64,000 nucleotides of DNA from assembly GCA_904063045.1 (NCBI GenBank), contig CAJFCJ010000001.1:2356001-2420000 (forward strand), written 5' to 3'. Position 1 is the stretch's first letter; every line of letters starts with the position of its first letter. Made by a program: the position numbers and the translations under genes. This document shows positions 1 to 11,425 of the stretch, one piece after another. Source of the DNA: Dimorphilus gyrociliatus (Eukaryota; Animalia; Annelida). The notes under the pieces were generated by a model, which saw nothing but the letters and a program-made list of their open reading frames with translations, ran no database searches and was not told where the DNA came from.

Positions 1-581
1 ATTTTATTTTTTTCTCATTATCTTCGATGATCATACGATGCAAAAATTTTTAGAGTAAATATTAGCTTATGAATATTCAAAATTGTACAGGCCAGTTTTT
101 TTCTTATATTATTCATGGAAAGAAATTAGCGCAATATGAAATGATAAATAAAATTAATAGAATGACATATATTACATATGTAAAATTGGGAATAAACACT
201 ATTTAATCCTTTCTATTTATATAAATCAACTACGTAAATTTATCAAAACTATTTAAAAAAAATCTCTCTTTGACATTCATAGAATTCCATTATAAATAAA
301 ATAAAAACAACAAAGTACTATCTAGATTAACAATATTCAAGATCTTTCAATGTCCTTTTCTATATAAATAGAATTGAACTATTTTCATTTCTACTGTCAA
401 ACTTTAAATGGGAAAATAAAGATGTAATTGCGGAGAAATTGATTACTATTTCAATAGTTAGTGTTGTCTGGAGATTGTTAGTTCGTTAACCTTTCACTGA
501 AATTATTCTTTAAGATATATCAACTTGACCTAATATACTGTACTACAGTTTCTACTTTTGAAGGTTAATAAGCTGCTAGTC

Positions 582-593
582 TAGCGCCACCTA
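582..593. promoter_or_regulatory. CTCF-like motif TAGCGCCACCTA
   Basis: Reverse complement TAGGTGGCGCTA matches the bilaterian CTCF core AGRTGGCGC and sits in AT-rich intergenic DNA. Motif match only. Confidence 0.3.
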
Positions 594-1923
594 TTAATAC
601 ATAAGAATAGTTTGATAATGATAAAGAGTAATTTTTCCTGGATTTATTGATAGCATATCTAAAAGTAAAGCCGATAGTGTAACCTGGTTTAAAAATAGTT
701 AATAGTTAATATTAGTGGAAAAATGAAATAGAACAAACAGATAATTACCATCATTCACTAACATTGTATATTTATAATAAAGTGTTACCTTCATCCTTTC
801 ATCATCTAAAATTAAAGTTATTTCCAACCTATTTACTATGGAAGAAGTATAAGATAATGCAGTTGTTTCTGCTATTTATTCAAATACAATTAATGGAAAG
901 AAAGATAGAGCAAGTAATAAATGTGCATGTTTCTGAAAGAGAAAGCATAAAAGATAATTTCTTCTTTTCTTTTCCAGGTATTATTCCTCTATAAAATATA
1001 AATTAATTAATAAATAAACTAAAAAGTCATATTGTTTTTACCGTTATTTCTTTTGATTATATATTGATAACTGATATGCTGTTGTATTGTTTTCTTTTTT
1101 TTATAACTGTACAAACTCCATTAGCCGAATTCTTTATCACTTGGATATCGGTTACAAAACTTTGAAATGGATTATTGTACAAAGTTTAATGTATATTATA
1201 AAAAATAAAAGATATTAACCTAGCTTCTTCATTAATTAAGGTTTTATTTCTTTTTTTTTATTGAAATCTTATCTTCTATGTTTTCGTTCAATTATATTCA
1301 AATTGGAAATACTTATGCCATTATCTTATTATCTAATAGAAAACTCCCCTGTCTCCTAGACCTTGGATCTTGTTAATAAAAATTTATGGACTTTTCAATA
1401 TTTACTAGAAATATTTTCAAGGATAAAAAGACGCGGAAATGTTGTTTGTTTATAATTTTGAAATGAGATGAAAGATTTGATAAAACAAAGAAAGAAAGCA
1501 GTTCGGGAATAAAAATTGAATCCTTTTCTTTCAAATCTTCAATTTACTTGATTCATTGATTGTACAGTAATTCCATAGAACTATATTGAAAGTTCTCTCT
1601 CTCTCTCTGTATAACATACATTACTTTGATGATCATCTTCTCCCTAGGATAACGATATTCTATATTAAATGCTGCTTATATTCTTTCTTTACCTAATCAT
1701 GAAATTATGATATTTTAAACTTAATCGATGCTAAAATGTTTATTTGCTAATAAAAAAACCCAGTTAAATAGTTAAATATTCATATTGAAGTTATAACACT
1801 TAACATCTCTTTATTATTAATAAGCTTTTCCTATCCAAACAAAACTTCATACCTTGTAAAAAGCTGCATATTTTCCACTGACAGATATATAGGACACTGC
1901 AAATTCATCCTTTTTTTTATAAG

Positions 1924-3249
1924 ATGACACGGATTGAACACAGTCTGCAATATACAACTTTTTTCTCGTTGTTTCTTTTAATATCTCTTGATGTTGCATA
2001 TTGTGCAACTTCAGAACATAGATTGCTCCAGAAAGTCAAGAATGTGTATGGCGAGAATACTCTTCATGTAAGGCCTGTTTCGAAACCAACAAGTCCGTTA
2101 AATATTGATTTTATGTTGAGTATTGTTCAAATTCTCGATATAAACGTAAAAGATCAATATATAAGTATTCTTCTGTGGAAAAAATTGGAATGGCAAGATG
2201 ACGTTCACCAATGGATACCAAAAGAACATGAAAATATAACTGTATTAGAGATAAAACCAGAAGTTTTATGGACTCCCGATATATATTTATACAACAAGTA
2301 AGATTTTTAAGTTGTTCTTTTTATGAAAGATTGTCTTATTAGTTTATATCAAAATAATTTCAAAAGTGTTCACAACGATCTGAACGACCAAGAAAAGCCA
2401 AAATCTAATTTGAAACTTTATCACAATGGAAAAACTATTTGGTCGCCTCCTATTGTTTATCGAGCCAGTTGCTCGATTTCAATGAAACATTTTCCTTTTG
2501 ATAGTCAAAAATGCTCTTTAAAGTTTGGTTCTTGGACGTATGATTTAAGAAAGATCAATTTAACGATAGGAAACAATGGAAGTGTTGACATGTCAACATA
2601 TATACAGAATAATGAATTTGATTTGATTAAGACAAAATTAATTCGAAACGAAAAGGTCTATTCTGTAGATGTTGGTACATACGTTGACGTTGTATGCGAT
2701 ATATATGTGAAAAGAAGAAGCGGTTTCTATATTCAGGTTAAATATTTCTATTTTAATACAAGATAACAGTTTTCTTTTTATTTTCTTTTAACAGTATATC
2801 GTAATCCCTCTCATTCTCTTATCAATCAACTCGCCATTGATTTTCTTAATCCCAGAATCTAACGAAAGAATAACATCCGCCATCAGTCTATTTGTGGCTG
2901 ATCTTTTCTTCTTTCTAATTATCATTCAGCTATTGCCACCAAATGATGACATTAAAATAAACTATTATTGTTGGAGTAAGTTATTAATGGACGGATGTAT
3001 TGTATCTCTCTGTATTATTGTATTGTATCTGATTAATAGAAAATATCCAGCAGGGGTAAGATTCAATAGCACGTATAATCGTCCATAACACAAAATATAT
3101 AATTAATCTTTAAATAGGACTATGAAAAAGCAACCGTTACTAAAAAAGCGAAGGAAAAAGTGATGAAGGTCTGCGACATTTTATGCTTACTCATCTCCTT
3201 GATTGGTTTTATTTTAAATGTGATATGTAATATGCCGTATCCTTCATAA
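1924..3249 (+). CDS. Divergent Cys-loop ligand-gated ion channel subunit, nAChR-like, non-alpha; 4 exons (1924-2297, 2367-2736, 2795-3055, 3118-3249), ~378 aa
   Basis: Signal peptide; LWTPDIYLYN (loop A); Cys-loop CSISMKHFPFDSQKC; FGSWTYD (loop B); four hydrophobic helices. GT-AG introns with consistent phases. No vicinal Cys-Cys in loop C. Confidence 0.88.
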
Positions 3250-3765
3250 AAGTTTTCAAGACAAACAGAAAAAACAATAATGAAAACACTTACCTAAAAA
3301 TGAAATGTAAGAATGTACTTTGTCCCTAAAGAAATATAGCTTTTTATATAATCAGACAATTTTAAAAGAATATCAAAAACAAGACGACTAAATAAAAAAA
3401 GAAGTAAAAAACAAAATATAAATGTTGTACAATATGTGAAAGCGGTAAGCGCTTAAGCGTTTATTAAATTCAACATAATAAAATCTCAACTTGAACGAAT
3501 CTTAATAAACTTTTTTATCAATATTTTATAAACTTCAACATTTACACTTAAACTCTTTAAAATATACATCACTTTCTTACATATATGCTTCTTATCTGAA
3601 AGAAATAATGACTACTTAATTAATCAAATGAAAGAATGAAAACAGTAACTATATCCATTAATTGTTTCCAAAGAAACAAGATTCAGGTATATTCTTTAAA
3701 TTTCTAGAGGAGTGTCTGGAAATTCTCTAACAAACACTCACACTTTTCACCTTGATATGATTGCC

Positions 3766-5838
3766 TTCAAAGAAACAATGACATTGCAGTTGTCATTCAG
3801 TTGACCGAAAATATTTGAAAGATATTGTTAATGAAAGTTAAAGACGAAATGTTGAAGACAAATGACTAAAAGAAAGGAAATATTCAAACATTTCAAAATA
3901 GGTTATGCATTTTTCTTGTTTATACTGAGAATAATCCATAACGGTCTTATTGAACGGGCGCTATGGAATTGCTAGCGTATAAATCAATATTATTAGGCAT
4001 TAGTAGTCAACTAGCATGGATCATGTAAAAAAGAAATTATTAACGCAATCGACGCCGTTTATTATGTCTCATTTGACGCCCAATAACGAAATGATTGAAG
4101 CTCTCAGAAAGGAAGCCGTTCTTACCCACGAAGAATCCAATCAAATTATTCAAGACGATACTACAGCCGGAAAATGCATACTACTCATTTGCTTCATTCG
4201 TAAAAAGGACAACAGAAGCTGGACGAAATTCATAACAATTCTCGAACAATACGGAGCAAGTACCGTCTCTTCCATGCTAAGAAGTAAATCAACAGCATCG
4301 GAGGTCGTCCTACCCGATAAACGAACTTTATCCTACCTGGAAACCTGTTTAAACAACATATCGGTTCCCCATAAAATAGTTAAGGAAGTTGCTACCAAAG
4401 TTGTATTGAAAGAAGTCTATCACGACGACGTTTCCACCTTACAAGAAAAAATATTAAATCTTCAGCGGAGTCTACGAGCAGCTTCTCTTGTCAACCCCTC
4501 TCCTGCCCATCCTACTCTACCCCCAATATCGAGGCCGGACTCTGAAGAACGTTCAATGTCGGTCTCGTCGGAAGAGAGCTTCGGCGAGTTGCACGCTCTC
4601 ATCAAACAAAAAGAGGACGCCATCAAGAAGAAGGACAAAGAATACGAGAGATTGAAAAACATTATGAATGACATTCAACAAGAGTACGACACTTTAATGA
4701 ATGTAAATCAAGAGTATTTGAACATTATTACCAATCTTCAAGCAATTCACGATGGCAAAACTCCGAGGAGTGTTGCTGCCGAACGAGATGCTGCAATTTT
4801 AGACATGAAGTCTGCCCTTTTTGAAGCTCAGGAAAAGATTGAATCTCTTCGCACGGAAGTGCAGGAATTAGACGTTAAAGGTACTTGTATTACATAACCC
4901 ACCCACTCATTTTCTATGCTAGATTCACGCAACTAAACCGCTTCCTTTATACTTTCCACAAAAACAGCCAAAGATGCTCAGAGCGCTTTCAATCACCTCC
5001 AAAAAAAAGAACTAAAATACAGAGAAATGTTGGGCTTGCCTCCCGATTCCGACAATGAAAGTGTCGAGAGACGAATTCAAGAATTACTGCAAAACGGAAC
5101 CATGCAGAAAAGCGATCTGGACAAGCTCAAACAAGAACTAAACAAAGTTAAGGAAAGTAGACTGGCCGCTGAAGAGAAACTAAATGCCATCGTTCGAGAA
5201 AAGGAACATATCGAATTCTATATGAGGCAACAAGAGATGACGATGAGAAGGATGAAGAGACAAACTGTTGCTAAACCAACACTTGTTGCGGCCGAGTCGA
5301 CTGTTGTCCAAGCAAAAATTGCGGGTGCCCTTAGACTGCCTTCAATCGAACCGTCGTGTAGGCCAACAACAGGAAAACATCAACAAAAGTTAAACTATTG
5401 TATATTTTGTCGAACTGAGTTTGACAACAGTAAAGCGACGACCTGCAGAGTTCATTATAGAGCGCTGGTGAAAGGTCATTGGATGTGTTGCAAAGACGAA
5501 TGCCATCGAGGAGCTGGTTGCCTACAATTGCCACATATGTATATTGAAATAACAGCCGATAGAAAGGTGTTTTTGACGGACGGAGCCAGATATGCACAGC
5601 TTCTGTAAAAGAATCATTGCCAAATAGAATATTTTTTAGTATAATTCATAATTCAATATTTGAATTTGTTCTTTTAAAAACCTTAACTTGCAGAGTTTTC
5701 CTTTTTTTTCGTATTTGAATACGAAATGATTTTTCTAATTCTTTTTTTTTTATTTTTTACTTTTCATCTTTTTCCATAAACGCATTTTTCCCCTTTTTTC
5801 TACTGTCTATGGCTTTAGTTGTTTCGCTAGTCTTTTAC
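3766..5838 (+). repeat. Left arm of a 2,073-bp inverted repeat (partner 11426-13498)
   Basis: Line-by-line reverse-complement comparison: paired coordinates sum to 17264 throughout, no indels, one substitution seen (5212 vs 12052). Confidence 0.97.
4016..5608 (+). CDS. CARD/death-fold-like domain + coiled coil + C-terminal Cys/His Zn-finger-like protein, copy 1; exons 4016-4880 and 4968-5608, 501 aa
   Basis: A phase-1 GT-AG intron (4881-4967) joins the two listed ORFs in frame. The N-terminal ~90 aa follow a CARD-like pattern (L..EAVLT.EE..QI....T...K..LL..I..K...SW..F...L). Long heptad-rich segments. C-terminal CxxC...CxxH...WxCC...GC...H. Gene structure is firm; domain names are from recognition by eye. 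Confidence 0.75.
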
Positions 5839-6376
5839 GCTCTTCGTTCATTTTAGATTTTTTGAAAATAGATTGAAATTTTTTTAAAGACGTGCGTAAT
5901 TGCATAAGAGCGATCGCCTTCTATAAAGATATGAATATATTAGTATTTAGAAATTTAGTACTTAATTCAAACTATTGATCATTTTACTCTTAAAAAGTAA
6001 TTGAACTGAGTTGTGTTGTCTTTTGCAAAGAGTGCATATTAGATATAAAAACAGCCTTAAATTTCTTAAAAAAGTTACAAACCATTAAAGTTTTCACTAC
6101 GAAACGAAAAATTTGTCTATTATTTTGCTAAAGAAGCGATTATTTAGGTCTAGGAATATTGCTTTAATATTGTATTATGAAGAATTATGTTTTTTTATTT
6201 ATGAGTTGCCCATTTGTTTTTAATAAATTACTAATTTGAAAGTTGAATAAATAACTATGTATTCCATTGAACTGAAACAGATGGTGTTCTATTGTATAAT
6301 TTTTTATAAAGCTGTGCTTGCGAATTTACTGTCAATCGTCCTTTGATTATGTTATAACTATATTTTAGTTCTTTCC

Positions 6377-8457
6377 ATGGAACTTAGATCAAGTGTTTCT
6401 TTTGATAAAAGTGCCAATCCATCCGCGGATCATACTACTGTGGTTATAGGTGACTGCGACATTAAGAAAAATGACTGCATTCGAAACAAACCATCATCGG
6501 AGAATTATCTATCATTTTGGTCGATAAATTTCCTCAAAGATGTCACTGTCGTTGGAATTAAAAGAGTTTTAAGCGGAGGAAATTTAAAATTAAGTCGTAT
6601 TTTATGGCTTTTTCTAATCGTCTTTTCACTTGGCTTCATGTGTTTTCAAGTTCATGACAGAATTACGTATTATCTAAAATATGAAACTGTTTCCAAGCTT
6701 AAATTTGTTCAGTTATCTGAACCAAACTTTCCAATTGTTACAATCTGCAATGAAAATAGAATGATTAAAGGAAAATTAATCGTCGAAATAGACGGTTGAG
6801 CTTATTTTATTTTATCTTTTACGCATTTAAATAAATATTAGATAGTAGTATGTAATGTAAATATTTATGGGATTAAAGGTAAGCGGTATTTATTCGTTAT
6901 AGCCTATGGATTACGAAAATTCAAAGGGATAACAATTCTATATATTATTTAGTAATATTACTAAGACTGTATTAATATGATAAACAAACAATCTTTCAGA
7001 TTCTGATTGTTTATTGCTTGCATTTACAAACCATAATTAATAGCCTACAGACATAATCAGGTGTTTATTAACAATTTTGGTGATAAAGTGTAGTTAGTTT
7101 TCGTAATCTACCAAAAATATGACTGAATTCTTGCTTATCTTTAATCACTTAATAATCTAATAGACATGAGCCTATCCTATGCATTATATGACTATTTTTA
7201 TGTTTAAGATATGAGAATACTAAACAAGTTGAGGGATATTTGGGCTGTATCTCCAGTAAAGGATGATAACTATTACCCTCCAGAAGTGATGAAAAGTTTA
7301 AAGAACAATTCGTATAGAGACTGGTCCATAGTTTATTCTAATTCTAGTCAAACCATCGAAGAAGCAGTAGCAATGGTGAACAATTTTATTCGAATGTTAT
7401 TTTAAAAATTAAATGCCCTTTGATTCAGTGTAAATTCAAGCAAAGGGATTGCGTATATAGTGATATGGGCTATATTTCAACAAACCTGGGACGATGTTTT
7501 CAATTTAACCCACGTAAATAAAGTTTTGATTCTTTACATTTAAAATTTAATTCATTTCCTCTTTTCTAATCGAACAGATCACAAATTAAAACTGTTAGTT
7601 GGTGGGGCAATGGAATCATTTCAAATTTTATTATACGTTGGGCAGGAAGAGTATTTCATTGCAAACTCAGCAGCAGCGGGTTTTAGGGTAAAGAAATATG
7701 AATATACAAATTCTCAATTACTTATTTGAACTTTCAACTTAAAGATACTCTTTCACTCTCCAAGTAAGATATTTAGGATGGCTGAGGAGAGCATATTGCT
7801 GTCTCCGGGATTTCCGTATGGGATTAATATAAAATTTAGGAAAACGCAACAACTCCCCTACCCTTACGGAGAGTGTTCAGATAAAGCCAACTATACTAGA
7901 GTATCTTGCTTAAATAAATGTTTCGAAATTTACGCTGCTAAAGAATGCAAATGTCGAGATATTTCTTTTACAAGTATAGACTAAGAACAGTATTTATTGA
8001 ATTTATATATGAATATATTACAGACGGAAAAGAGTATCCGGTGTGCGCTCCTCTTAACTTATTTTGTCTAAAAGATGCGGAAAAAACGTTTTATAGAAGT
8101 GGGATAGTTGCAAATGCCTGCAAATGCAATTTTGAATGTGTTATGGATCATTATGACTTTACTAATTCAATGGCTATGTTTGGCAATACTTTTCTGGATG
8201 TTTTAAAAGAAATAGTAAATACTTCTTCGAAAGAGATTTCTAAGAATTATATTATGGTCAGCATTTACGTTTCAAACATTATCAGACAAAATTTGATTGA
8301 GAAGCCAGCTTATACGTTGCTAGCTCTTTTATCAGATATTGGTGGAGCATTTGGTTTGGCTTTAGGAGCAACAGTTTTGACCATTTTTGAATTTGTAGAA
8401 TATTTCATTATAATATTCACTAAGCTCATTGTCAGCAGAACGCCAAGACAGAGTTGA
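6377..8457 (+). CDS. DEG/ENaC (ASIC-like) channel subunit A, multi-exon
   Basis: M1 followed by FPIVTICNENR; Cys-rich thumb exons (YPYGEC..CLNKC..CKCR..CKCNFEC); pre-M2/M2 YTLLALLSDIGGAFGLALGATVLTIFEF. Short GT-AG introns. Confidence 0.9.
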
Positions 8458-9052
8458 CAAAATGATAAAATGATTAAATGGTAGTCTATAGTTATTTCAC
8501 AGAAACAACGCCAAATTGAAATTATTCGAGTTTCTGATTTAAGCTTCTCTTGTTAAAAAAATCTACTGTAAACAACAAACAAGAATAACAATACTTGTTA
8601 GACTTGAACCAAACTGTAAAGGATTTTATAACCTTCTTCGGTTGACTTTACTATCAGCCATAAAAATACTTTTACCGGTCATTTTCTTTAGGCTTTTCCT
8701 TGTATACTACTCTGGATTGAGTACTGATGAACATTCACTTAAAGGAAAGAAGCTAGAAGATTACCATTAAAGAGAGAGAAGAGAAAGTAATTCAACTCTG
8801 TGGAAGAAAAATGTAGAATCTCTCATTGTGATATATCTACGTTGAACAATAAAAAGTATTGAATAAAATATATCTGAAAAATATATTGAAATATTAAAAA
8901 AATGTATTATTCAATTTTTTGCTAACATCCAATGGAACATATTCGTAAAAGCAACACTGTCTGTTATCAAGTTGTTTTAAAGCTGTTAAACTTTGTTATA
9001 CTAAAAAGGTTTAGCTGTTGAATTAAATAAGTTTTCTTTTCAGGCTCGTCGA

Positions 9053-10827
9053 CTAATGGTGGTGAACTATTTCAACTTTGCCCTTTCTTTTAAAATTATC
9101 GCAGTAACGTATGAGGATTATGACCAGACCGTCAATTAGCTCGAAAATTGTTAAAATTGTAGCTCCTAAAGCTAATCCAAAAGCTCCACCAACATCCGAA
9201 AGAAGAGCGAGCCAGTTGTAAGCTGCTTTTTCAATCGTGTCTGATCGTATCATAGCGGAGAAGTAGATATGTACAAGTACAAAGTTATCTTCCACTATTT
9301 GAGCAGTAGAATTGTATTGTTCGGCCAAGCTATTTAGAAAGTTGTCGCTAAATTTATTCATAGACGTCATGATATCGTACTGTGTTAAATCACATTCAAA
9401 CGGACAACTACAGGCTAAAAATGCTTCTGTTGCATAATACTCTCGCGCCTTTATAAGTAAACAGCGAATTCTTAGTGGAGCGCATACAGGATACTCTAAT
9501 CCATCTAAATAGAAACAGAAGAATATTATCTCATCTAACTGTACCTTTAGAAATATTCTGTAAAAGTATTCTTACTAGTATAATGAGAGTCTCTACATTT
9601 ACAAATGCTGGATGTATATTTTTGAAAGCAGTCTGCTAAGCAGTTAGATCTTCTGTATATTTTACTGGGAAAACAAGATCCGTAAGGGGATGGAAGTTGT
9701 CGCGTTGATTTTAACTTTAAGCTAATTCCATAAAGAAATCCTGGAGAAAGGAGTATACTTTGTTCCATCATTCGTATTGCTTCCTTCGGATGATGAAGTA
9801 AAATCTTTTTTGAAAGTAAATTGAACAAATAAGTCTGTATGATAATAGTAGTAATTTCAATATGAAAACTACCCTGAAGCCTGCTCCGTACGAATTTTGA
9901 ATAAAATAGTCTTCTTGTCCAACATAGAGCTTAATCACAAGAGCGTTGGATGCTCCGGTATATTTTATTTCAAATTGATGATCTATATATTGATAACGTT
10001 TCGTCAGATTTGATAAAATTGAAAAAAAAATAAAATAAACTGTTATAGAACCAAAGTTAATTTGAAGACATTCGCCCATATCAGTTGATAAGCTTCGTAT
10101 ATTCTCCGTTTGGCATTCCTGCTGCTTGAAGTAGCACTTAAAAATGGATTTTATTTATTATGTCAGTAATGGAGCTTAGTGATTTAGGTTGGAGCAAACC
10201 ATTTTTAAGGTATTATTTAAAGTATGTCCTGCATTCTTATTGAATTGTAACCAATCTCTATACGTATCATTTATAAGATTTTTGTAGGCAACTCTATTTT
10301 GCAGGTTTGTTGGTACCTCATTATATTCGTACGGCCATGACATTTTCATATGTTCCATTAATTCCCTATCTATTGATATGAACATTAACTAAATAATTAA
10401 TATACTTAGATTATACAATCTATTGTATTAAAAGATGTTCCTTGCCGTTAATATATGGCTCAATGTTTCTCTTTATCATTCTATTTTCATTACAGATTGT
10501 AACTGTTGGAAATTTTATGATTTTTAACGGTATATGGTGTAATTTTGATGTTGTTTCGTATTGAAGGAAGAAATTAACTCTATCTTGAATTTGAAAAACC
10601 AAAAATCCCAATGAAAACACAATCAAGAGAAACCAAATAATTCTTCGGATAAAAAATGCATCACTATTCAACAGTTTTTTAACTCCTATTATGCTAAGAT
10701 CTTGGAGGAAGTTAATAATTAAAAAGGTTATAGGAAACCCTTTCGATACATGTTCCTTCTTTTCATTCTCCTCTGCTGTAAAAGTTTCTCGGTTAGGTTG
10801 ATTTTCAGAAATTCTCATTCTATCCAT
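9053..10827 (-). CDS. DEG/ENaC (ASIC-like) channel subunit B, multi-exon, convergent paralogue of A
   Basis: FPTVTICNENR; Cys-rich exons; YNWLALLSDVGGAFGLALGATILTIFEL. Introns at positions matching gene A. Likely ATG at 10827, after an upstream acceptor-like tttag. Confidence 0.9.
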
Positions 10828-11425
10828 TCTTTCGTCTAAATTGTTTGAAAAGTAATGAATAAACATATTTTCTAACACATTAAATATAAATTACTTCAAT
10901 AAATAATTCGTCCCCTTTCCGTCGGTTAATTTAAAGTAAATATGACATTAATTTGATTATCAGACAACTAAAGAGTGTAAATGATCGAATTATGCTTGGT
11001 AAATGAGAAAATAAAGCTTTCCTATAAAAGGACAACATTGCACTAACAATACAAACAAAAATGTCATTTGTGCAATTGTCCTTCCTTAAAGCTCTAAATT
11101 GCTATTACACAGAGGTAAAAAGCAATATCACTAGACAAGAGCAGTAGTCTTATGATGATGAACCTGCTTGTTAAATGGTGGGACTAGTTTTTTACATATT
11201 GATTACAAAAGTGAGATAAAAGAACAAGAATTGTCTAGTCATTTATACTAGTATATTGATGTCATTTCTACAAAATGATATCAATAAGCAAATAGCCTTT
11301 AAAAACCATTGCCTTAGTGGTTTCTACAAAACATCTACAAATATTTAATACTGAGGTATGGCGCTGTTAATTGGATTTATTAAAAAAATGAAAAGAGTAA
11401 AGAATAAATCATATGAAAGTAGAGA

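Noticed and set aside
764-994. 76-aa ORF upstream of the LGIC
   Set aside because: Low-complexity, AT-driven composition with no recognisable motif.
4462-5597. Minus-strand ORFs 4462-4674 and 5331-5597 (and mirrors 12590-12802, 11667-11933)
   Set aside because: Antisense shadows of the CARD-like gene with no independent motifs or splice structure.
5707-5726. 9-bp perfect palindrome tttcgtatt-tg-aatacgaaa in the CARD gene 3' flank
   Set aside because: Short, AT-rich and with a 2-nt loop; expected by chance.
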